Below are positions 58,080 through 64,000 of a DNA stretch of 64,000 nt, piece after piece. Numbering within the stretch: the stretch's first letter is position 1; every line of letters begins with the position of its first letter. This DNA comes from a virus (lineage: Duplodnaviria; Heunggongvirae; Uroviricota; Caudoviricetes). The stretch lies in IMG/VR virus record IMGVR_UViG_3300012346_000380, positions 64,001-128,000 of that record. One strand, written 5' to 3'. Position numbers and translations under genes: made by a program. The notes beneath the pieces were generated by a model. The model did not search any database. It saw only the letters and a program-made list of their open reading frames with translations, and was not told the DNA's origin.

Positions 58080-58889
58080 CTACAACAAAGCATCTAACTT
58101 TGTTTGTAACTTCTTGATTGTTTTGTTGTAATCAGCTATGTTGCGTAGTTTGTCATGAACATTGATTCTTTTCCAAGATTCAATTCTTTTAGCTATGCCT
58201 TCTTCTCGCTGATCGTTGTAATATGATTCATCGTTATTGTAATTTTTAGCAGCGTCTCTCTTTACTATTTCCTTCCAAGTTGGCCATTCATACCAAGAAT
58301 CTTTAGGATCATTTTTTATGGCTTGTATTATTTGATCATCGCTTAACTTAGAATTTTTATTATATAATTCTTCGGCTCTTTTGATTCTAAATTCATACAT
58401 TGATATTTCATCATTGATTTTTTCAAGCTTTGACATCTTTTTAATTTTGTCACTATATTCTTGAGTTATAATTTTACTAGAAGTTTTAGGAATACTTGTT
58501 TTAGTAATATATCGATAATGTAATCTTTGTATGTTATAACCTCCGGCGTAAATTACTTCTGTTGAAAAATTATACGTAACACCTTCTCTTTGTATTTGTG
58601 CAGTTATTTCTATATTTCCTTTAGGACTTCCGCCTGCATTAATTGAAAGTAAATTATCAGAAGGCATTGTATATGCTTCAATAGATTTAACCATATCATA
58701 TATCAGAGTAAGTCTAGTAATTTCTCTTTCATATTTAGAAAACTCTTTACTAAATTGTTTAATGTACGCTGTTTCAGATTGAGATAACATGTTAACAATT
58801 GTTGGTTCTAAAGCATCCAATATCACATTTACTATATTCGTAGAGTTAGATTCATTCAAAAATTGAGTATATGATTTAATTTTGTTCAT
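58080..58889 (-). CDS. Putative internal head protein
   Basis: MNKIKSYTQFLNE|S targeting-like N-terminus. Confidence 0.6.
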   Translation of the reverse strand: MNKIKSYTQFLNESNSTNIVNVILDALEPTIVNMLSQSETAYIKQFSKEFSKYEREITRLTLIYDMVKSIEAYTMPSDNLLSINAGGSPKGNIEITAQIQREGVTYNFSTEVIYAGGYNIQRLHYRYITKTSIPKTSSKIITQEYSDKIKKMSKLEKINDEISMYEFRIKRAEELYNKNSKLSDDQIIQAIKNDPKDSWYEWPTWKEIVKRDAAKNYNNDESYYNDQREEGIAKRIESWKRINVHDKLRNIADYNKTIKKLQTKLDALL

Positions 58890-58927
58890 ACGTTATTTAT
58901 CTGTTTTAATTATACTGTAAATATAAA

Positions 58928-58956
58928 CAAAAAACCCGAGATTAAAAAATCTCGGG
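58928..58956 (-). terminator. Intrinsic terminator after the S1 gene
   Basis: CCCGAGATT-AAAA-AATCTCGGG plus U-run on the minus strand. Confidence 0.8.
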
Positions 58957-58984
58957 CTAATTAATTTTATAAAGTTATTAACAA

Positions 58985-60253
58985 TTAAAGTTTTAAGAAA
59001 ACTTTTCTGCTAGCTTCATCAATCCTAGTTACTGTAACTGCAATAGGATCTCCTTTTTTAATTGTAGAAGTGTCAATACCTTCTAATTCAGAGATATGCA
59101 ATAAACCAACGATGCCTTCTTCGATTGTGATAAAGATACCGTAGTCTTTTGTAGCTTTAACTGTACCTTGAACTAAAACAGGCACTGTATATTTAGCAGC
59201 TAAGCCGTCCCATGGATTAATTACTTCAACTTCTTCTTTTTGAGTTAACATAATTTTCTTTTCGGAGATGATTTCTTTAATACCAAACTCTATTGCATCA
59301 CCCGGATTAACTTCTTTGGCTTCTAATTTAGCAACCCATTCTTCGTTTAAGTCATTGATATGAATCATACCTGTTAGACATCCGTTAAATTCAATAAAGA
59401 TACCAAATTTAGCAGAACCTGTAACTTCTCCAGTAAATGTTTGATCTTTAGCAACCGTTTTAAGTTTTTCAACTTCGTTAGGGATCATTGCTTGCAAATA
59501 CTTTCTGTGTGATACGACAACTGTACCTTTTTCATGCGAATAAGAAACCGGAACAACGTACATTTCAGTACCAATAATAGATTCAAAATTAGCTAATTTA
59601 TTAGCACCTGCTAATGAACCTGGCATAAAACAGTCAATTCCCTGAATGTTAACCATGTAACCACCACCTGGAATCATGCTAGTAACTGTACCGATATATG
59701 CAGTATTTCCAGTATCAATTGATTTTTTCAAATCATTAATAATAGTTTGACGCATTCCTTCGCTAATAGATCCTAAGATAAATCCTTTTTGATTTTTAGT
59801 GCTTAAAATTCTAACAGTGAATTTAGCACCAACTTCAATAAGACTTCTAATAGAAGATGGTTCTCTACCTAAATCGATATAAACCATTTCTCTGTGTCCT
59901 ACGTCTAGCATAGCCCAATCGTTACTCATAGAGTAAATTGTACCATCATGATGCTCGCTTGGTTCAATAACAGCTTTGAAATCTGCCATAACACCTTCGT
60001 ATAAATCAAACCATTTTTGTGCGTCAGCGCCTTGATAATAAACCTTTGTACCTCCGTTAGTTTTTACAAAAGGATTTCCCTTTCTCATTCTACTTGGACA
60101 ATCGGCAGCGTGTGTGTCCCAATCAAAATCTTCAAGAGATTGATTTGCGTTTAGGAAACGATTAGTTTCTTTTGTTTCTTTTTTTACAACTTCAATCGCT
60201 GGAGCTTCTAATTCTACAGTAGCTGAAAGTCTTGTTCTTTTTTGTGTTGTCAT
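58985..60253 (-). CDS. rpsA: Ribosomal protein S1 homolog (four S1 domains)
   Basis: EDFDWD N-terminal segment; S1 repeats: GGYMVNIQGIDCFMPGS, FGIFIEFNGCLTGMIHINDL, YGIFITIEEGIVGLLHISEL. Confidence 0.85.
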   Translation of the reverse strand: MTTQKRTRLSATVELEAPAIEVVKKETKETNRFLNANQSLEDFDWDTHAADCPSRMRKGNPFVKTNGGTKVYYQGADAQKWFDLYEGVMADFKAVIEPSEHHDGTIYSMSNDWAMLDVGHREMVYIDLGREPSSIRSLIEVGAKFTVRILSTKNQKGFILGSISEGMRQTIINDLKKSIDTGNTAYIGTVTSMIPGGGYMVNIQGIDCFMPGSLAGANKLANFESIIGTEMYVVPVSYSHEKGTVVVSHRKYLQAMIPNEVEKLKTVAKDQTFTGEVTGSAKFGIFIEFNGCLTGMIHINDLNEEWVAKLEAKEVNPGDAIEFGIKEIISEKKIMLTQKEEVEVINPWDGLAAKYTVPVLVQGTVKATKDYGIFITIEEGIVGLLHISELEGIDTSTIKKGDPIAVTVTRIDEASRKVFLKL

Positions 60254-60290
60254 TTTTTTTGTTTTTAAATAATTAAGTTATATATTGCTC

Positions 60291-61829
60291 TTAAAATACT
60301 ACAGGTACGAAGCCTACCATCGGTGCTGTTGAAACGCCAACGTATATTTGACCCATGTAAATAAATTTTAATTCTAATAAATGTAAAGCAAATGCAACCG
60401 CTAATGCAGATGCAACTACTTTTGTGGCAGGTTGAATTGTCGGTGGATATTCAAAATATTTACCACTATTCAAGGCTCTTTTTATATTGGCTGCTAATTT
60501 TTTTTGTGAACCATAATAAACAGGTATGTATGTGCCAGGCGTTGGTATCATACACGGCGGGATTGGAGGCCCAGGTTGAAATGGTTTAGTTGCAGTCGAC
60601 ATCCAGTAGTCAATAACAGCTTTAGCTATTTTATCGTAAGCTTCGTCAGATCCTTTATCTGCTTCTTTTTTATAAGAATCTGCTATTTTATTGATACAGT
60701 CAATTCTATCTTTGTTCCATCTGTCTCTTTCGATTTTCCATAAGTCTACCTTTTCATTTACTATACGTGTTTCGTGTTGATTTGTGACTGCCGGCAATGC
60801 CATTAATAATTTATGTTCAGCTTTTTTAACGCTGTCTTTTATAGGATGATATGTAAATTTTACGATAATTTCTTTTTCTTTTACGAAATCTGGTAAAGTC
60901 TTAACATCTTCGTGCGAAGATTGAAATTTATGCTTATTGTATGTTAAAGTGATTTTTTTATTTTCACTAATCCATTTTTTAACAAGAGATGCAACTTTAT
61001 TACCCAAGCTTGCGTTTGTACCATGTTTTAATCGATCTAACCACAGTCTAAATTCTTCGCTTTTATCATATTGATAATAAACTTTATTGGCTAATAATTC
61101 GATAATTTGTTCTTCTTTTAATTTAGGTAAATCAACTGAAGTTTCTTTAATATAAGTTTCCTCGTATTTATTTTCAGGTACTATTACAATAACGAAAGAA
61201 TCCATTTCTTTGCGAGTGTCTTTGGCATCTGTAATACCGATCAATCTATATTCAAAACTACCGGGTTTTGATTTATCTATATCAATTGTGATTTGACCAG
61301 ATTTATCAGACATTATATTTGGTTGAATTACACCATCTATAGAATAAGTAAATGAATAAGGAGCTTCTCCATCGACGCCACTAAATAGTATTTGCGGAAT
61401 TTCAATCTCTGTATATTTAATTTCAGTGATTAATTCTTTAGTGACTACAGGACTTGTTATAAATCCAAAATCATAAAACACATATTCTAGTTTAGTTGCT
61501 AGACAAGCTTCTAATTCTTTATCTATATTTGCATTTATGTTAGGAATTGGCAAAGCATCTTTAAGATCATTGAAAGTAGGATCTAACTTTTTATCTTCTA
61601 ATGAAGGTGCATGTGATTCATAAAGTTGTTTAAATGCTTCTTTAAAGCCAGCATCTAAAATTGCTTTTTGACCAGATTGGTGAATGTTACCGAAAGGTGT
61701 TTGTGAAGTTTTGACTGCATTGAAATATTCTTGAGAAATAAGCATAGCCATATCGTCTGATGTCTTAAGTGACTTAGACGCCATTTTTGAAGATACGTTA
61801 TTTATGAATAATGGCCACTGTGCAGGCAT
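60291..61829 (-). CDS. Putative baseplate-hub-associated protein (512 aa)
   Basis: Downstream of the two gp5-like genes; internal Ig-like segment; Pro-rich C-terminus. Confidence 0.5.
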   Translation of the reverse strand: MPAQWPLFINNVSSKMASKSLKTSDDMAMLISQEYFNAVKTSQTPFGNIHQSGQKAILDAGFKEAFKQLYESHAPSLEDKKLDPTFNDLKDALPIPNINANIDKELEACLATKLEYVFYDFGFITSPVVTKELITEIKYTEIEIPQILFSGVDGEAPYSFTYSIDGVIQPNIMSDKSGQITIDIDKSKPGSFEYRLIGITDAKDTRKEMDSFVIVIVPENKYEETYIKETSVDLPKLKEEQIIELLANKVYYQYDKSEEFRLWLDRLKHGTNASLGNKVASLVKKWISENKKITLTYNKHKFQSSHEDVKTLPDFVKEKEIIVKFTYHPIKDSVKKAEHKLLMALPAVTNQHETRIVNEKVDLWKIERDRWNKDRIDCINKIADSYKKEADKGSDEAYDKIAKAVIDYWMSTATKPFQPGPPIPPCMIPTPGTYIPVYYGSQKKLAANIKRALNSGKYFEYPPTIQPATKVVASALAVAFALHLLELKFIYMGQIYVGVSTAPMVGFVPVVF

Positions 61830-61856
61830 AGTTATTTTTATTTACAGATTATCTAT

Positions 61857-62513
61857 CTACTTTTTCTGCTTAATCTTTTCTAATTTAGATTGTAAACCTT
61901 TTACCTTAGGTAATTCGGGTGCAATCGGAGGACCTGAAGGTCCAGTCGGTGTTGGATGTGTATGCGAATTAAACGCATTCATAAAATCATCTAAAATACC
62001 TCTTAATGTTTCGCCTCTAACAGCAGGTTCTGATTCATCAGTTGGACTTGTTGCTATAAAAATATTGTTAGAGTTTAAATAAATTTTATCATCTTTAAAC
62101 TTAATCATCGGTTGAGAGTCTTTATCTTTACCTGTCGTAATGATTAAACCATCTTCTTCAGATTTATAAAATCTAAAATTTCTAGTTGCATCGTATATTA
62201 AAGCTATTACATCTTCTGGCTTTGATGTGCTATCTAAAATCTCAGACTTTAATTGTTTATTTTGATTAATCTGATATGAATAAACGGGTGCATAGATATT
62301 ACCATTATCAAAAGTAATAGCAACTATATCACCAACATTTGGTATTAAGTGCTGACCAACTGCCATTCTATTTCCTGCACTAGCCCATGGTATGGTATCA
62401 GCTGTAAGATTATCAAAAGTTCCATAAACTTTAACCTTACATCTGCCATTTTTAAGAGGATCTTTATTATCGATAACCTCTCCAAGCCAATGTCCGTCTC
62501 TAAATGAATTCAT
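61857..62513 (-). CDS. gp5/gpV-like spike protein (OB fold plus HxH tip)
   Basis: WLGEVIDNKDPLKNGRCKVKVYG, PNVGDIVAITF, HTHPTPTGPSGPP. Confidence 0.85.
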   Translation of the reverse strand: MNSFRDGHWLGEVIDNKDPLKNGRCKVKVYGTFDNLTADTIPWASAGNRMAVGQHLIPNVGDIVAITFDNGNIYAPVYSYQINQNKQLKSEILDSTSKPEDVIALIYDATRNFRFYKSEEDGLIITTGKDKDSQPMIKFKDDKIYLNSNNIFIATSPTDESEPAVRGETLRGILDDFMNAFNSHTHPTPTGPSGPPIAPELPKVKGLQSKLEKIKQKK

Positions 62514-62530
62514 TAGAATATTTATCTATA

Positions 62531-63880
62531 TTATGTAAATGCGTTTGGATTATCTTTTAAAATGGCCCAATAGTCTGCAAATCTATTCACACGATCTTGT
62601 AAACCATTAAAACCTCCATTAATTCTTCGTGTTATTGCTTTAATACTTGCAAGTGAATCATCTACTGCATAAGCATTTAATTTTCTAGTTTGCCAAAACC
62701 ACGTTGCAGTATCTGCAGCGTACTTAGTCGCTAACGCAGTTGGATTAGCGGTAAGATCTTCTCCGCAGTATTTCGAAAACTGTTTATAGTTTGCACGTCC
62801 TGTAATTTGAACAAAGCCACGACCTTTAAAACGTACACCATCACCTGGTTGAGTATTACCAAGATCCTTTCTGCCTTCATACGCTGAACCTGAAGCAAAT
62901 TCTTCGCGCCATTTGAATTCGCCAGATTCATGTGCACATTGAGCTAAAAAGTGAGCTCTTTGCAAGGGGCTAGTAATACCGTATTTTTTCATAGCCATGA
63001 TCAAAGATCTTGGCACAGCTTTAGGTTTTTTAGAACCAGATTTATAAACTATGTTATCAGTCTTATATGAATCTATTTCTTTCTTAAGCTTTTTAGATGC
63101 GTCAGGATCAGGCTTTGAACTACCGTCCAATGCAGATAACGTTGAAGAACTAATAGATCCTCCACTTAACGATGCTGAATCTGCAGCAGCTAATTCTTCG
63201 TCTGTCATTTCAACAGATTGTACTCCACCAACATGCTTTATAGTTTCTAAATCATCTTGTATTAATTTAAAATCAGCTTTGTTAATAGGTACATCTGAAA
63301 TACCAGAAGGCGTTAAATGTTTATGTGCATTGATAGCATCTATAAAATCACTTAAAGTTTTTCTTAATGTTTCACCTTTGGCTGTAGGTTCGCTTTCGTC
63401 ATTTGCATCTTTAGACACAAATATATTATCAGAGTATAAGAATATCTTACCATCTTTGTCAAACCTAATCATTGATTGCGATTCAGCATCTGAACCGTTA
63501 CCGATCACAAAACCAAGTTCTTTACTATATGTTAAGATGAATTTTCTATTTACGTCAAACGAGAATGAAGTTACTTTACTCGAATCTTCTTCTTTGTTAA
63601 TAACTTTATCTTTAAGATTTTTATTCTGATTGACTTGAGATGTATACAACGGCATGTATATGTTATCGTTATCGAATGTAACTTCAACAATATCGCCAAT
63701 GCTTGGTATAGTATGCTGTCCTCCTAAAAGTCTATTCATAGGAGAAGCCCATGGAATAGAATCCTTGGGAATATTATCGAATCTGCCATAGACTTTTATC
63801 TTGCATCTTCCATTTTTTAATGGATCTGCATTGTCTACAACTTCACCAATCCAATTTATAATTTTTGAAGTGTCAAGCAT
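62531..63880 (-). CDS. gp5-like spike protein fused to a GH19 lysozyme/chitinase-like domain
   Basis: OB fold WIGEVVDNADPLKNGRC; HKH tip; AHFLAQCAHESGEF, GDGVRFKGRGFVQITGRANY, TRRINGGFNGLQDR. Confidence 0.9.
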   Translation of the reverse strand: MLDTSKIINWIGEVVDNADPLKNGRCKIKVYGRFDNIPKDSIPWASPMNRLLGGQHTIPSIGDIVEVTFDNDNIYMPLYTSQVNQNKNLKDKVINKEEDSSKVTSFSFDVNRKFILTYSKELGFVIGNGSDAESQSMIRFDKDGKIFLYSDNIFVSKDANDESEPTAKGETLRKTLSDFIDAINAHKHLTPSGISDVPINKADFKLIQDDLETIKHVGGVQSVEMTDEELAAADSASLSGGSISSSTLSALDGSSKPDPDASKKLKKEIDSYKTDNIVYKSGSKKPKAVPRSLIMAMKKYGITSPLQRAHFLAQCAHESGEFKWREEFASGSAYEGRKDLGNTQPGDGVRFKGRGFVQITGRANYKQFSKYCGEDLTANPTALATKYAADTATWFWQTRKLNAYAVDDSLASIKAITRRINGGFNGLQDRVNRFADYWAILKDNPNAFT

Positions 63881-63916
63881 AATAATATAGTACTATAATA
63901 TACTATCTATCATTCT

Positions 63917-64000
63917 TTATTTGTATACGTTTCCTAATGCTTTTTGTAAGCCATTATTTAAAATGTCTTGTATAGATTGGCCAGCTCCGAAATACACATT
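63917..64000 (-). CDS. C-terminal fragment of an upstream gene (start lies outside the window)
   Basis: Open frame NVYFGAGQSIQDILNNGLQKALGNVYK* ending at 63917. Confidence 0.6.
   Translation of the reverse strand, partial: NVYFGAGQSIQDILNNGLQKALGNVYK

Noticed and set aside
26141-62937. Alternative-frame minus-strand ORFs 26141..26491, 36206..36406 and 62731..62937
   Set aside because: Wholly nested out of frame inside uvsW, a fibre gene and GH19; no independent signals.
128-63629. All plus-strand ORFs in the supplied track (e.g. 128..400, 20242..20547, 38515..38922, 63051..63629)
   Set aside because: Antisense shadows of well-supported minus-strand genes; no motifs and atypical composition.
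1-64000. Stop-codon reassignment, as in some large phages
   Set aside because: Conserved genes (nrdA, nrdB, uvsW, glf, gp6) are full length under the standard code and coding density is high.

Overview
AT-rich, gene-dense segment of a large T4-like tailed phage (myovirus, probably jumbo-type). Almost every real gene is on the minus strand, and the standard genetic code gives complete ORFs. In window order: (1) replication and nucleotide genes (partial uvsX, a family-B DNA polymerase split into two genes about 4 kb apart, sliding clamp, class Id-like nrdAB, dimeric dUTPase/dCTPase-like enzyme); (2) a candidate DNA hypermodification cluster (UDP-galactopyranose mutase, GT2-TPR glycosyltransferase, PLP enzyme, two aGPT-Pplase/amino-acid:DNA-transferase-like paralogs, thioredoxin, a T4 beta-glucosyltransferase-like/SGNH fusion, DUF6378-like protein); (3) predicted internal head proteins with T4-type capsid-targeting and prohead-protease motifs, including a modular 758-aa polyprotein; (4) uvsW, uvsY, primase, gp32 SSB and a RuvC-like resolvase; (5) a long tail/baseplate/neck module, interrupted by an amidoligase-like gene and a ribosomal protein S1 homolog, and ending with two gp5-like spike genes, one fused to GH19. 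Two recurrent promoter-like motifs and several terminators are visible. Several signals point to a Bacteroidota host. No tRNA, rRNA, CRISPR array or mobile element was found. All family assignments come from motif recognition by eye, not from database searches.
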